A stretch of 48,844 bases of DNA, filler included, from Catajapyx aquilonaris (Eukaryota), in the NCBI GenBank assembly GCA_000934665.2. It is 2 parts of 2 records of this genome, joined end to end, with 100 filler letters (N's around TTAATTAATTAA, not from the genome) between each part and the next. Parts side by side here need not be neighbours in the genome. Positions count along the whole stretch, not along the records: positions 24,479 to 48,844 come from JYFJ02005528.1; 1 more part is not named here. One strand, written 5' to 3'. The position numbers and the translations under genes are program-made. Below, one piece after another: positions 48,616 through 48,844 of the stretch. The notes under the pieces were generated by a model. That model was not told the DNA's origin, ran no database searches, and worked only from the letters and a program-made list of their open reading frames with translations. The number at the start of each line of letters is the position of its first letter. The stretch's first letter is position 1.

Positions 48616-48844
48616 AAATGTAGGATACATTTACATTTCTTCACGGCATTCGTTCTCATAGAAGGGTTGCCAGTGGTGTCCAAGTATTACCTGACCTACG
48701 GTCAATGTTCGCGCTGCGGGACGGTTACTGAAAAATTCCCGCCAATAAAGAGGGTTTTTCCAAAACCCGCTCAGTCAAAAATTGCATTATTTTACGCTTT
48801 CGCCGTCTGTGCGCAGTTCTGGTAAGCACGCAGGCTCGCACAAA

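Overview
Eukaryotic, intron-containing, repeat-rich DNA, most likely from an arthropod (it carries a dpr-family gene). The window is two sequence blocks joined by a synthetic 100-bp linker (N44-TTAATTAATTAA-N44, 24379-24478), so the halves need not be adjacent in the genome; shared SINE families suggest they come from the same or a closely related genome. The left block holds a very young 4.2-kb Sola2-type DNA transposon (456-bp TIRs, 455/456 identical; GTAA TSD). Its three-exon transposase is disabled by one extra GT unit in a coding microsatellite and by a D-to-N change at the predicted first catalytic Asp. The element sits inside a fossil hAT (Buster/Charlie-type) transposase. The left block also has a nest of MITEs and SINEs, an orphan RFWD3-like WD40 exon next to a promoter-like tract, and the last five coding exons of a CRIM1 homologue (minus strand). 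The right block holds five coding exons of a Dpr-family two-Ig neuronal adhesion gene (minus strand, first exon not found), many MITEs, SINEs, Helitron-like ends and several minisatellites built on an AACGGT/ACCGTT core. The most notable patterns are the slippage-sensitive Sola2 transposase, and five different tRNA-SINE heads (one carrying a V-SINE domain) sharing a 3' tail whose stem-loop shows compensatory base changes. No prokaryotic genes, CRISPR arrays or rRNA were seen. All family assignments come from recalled motifs, not database searches.
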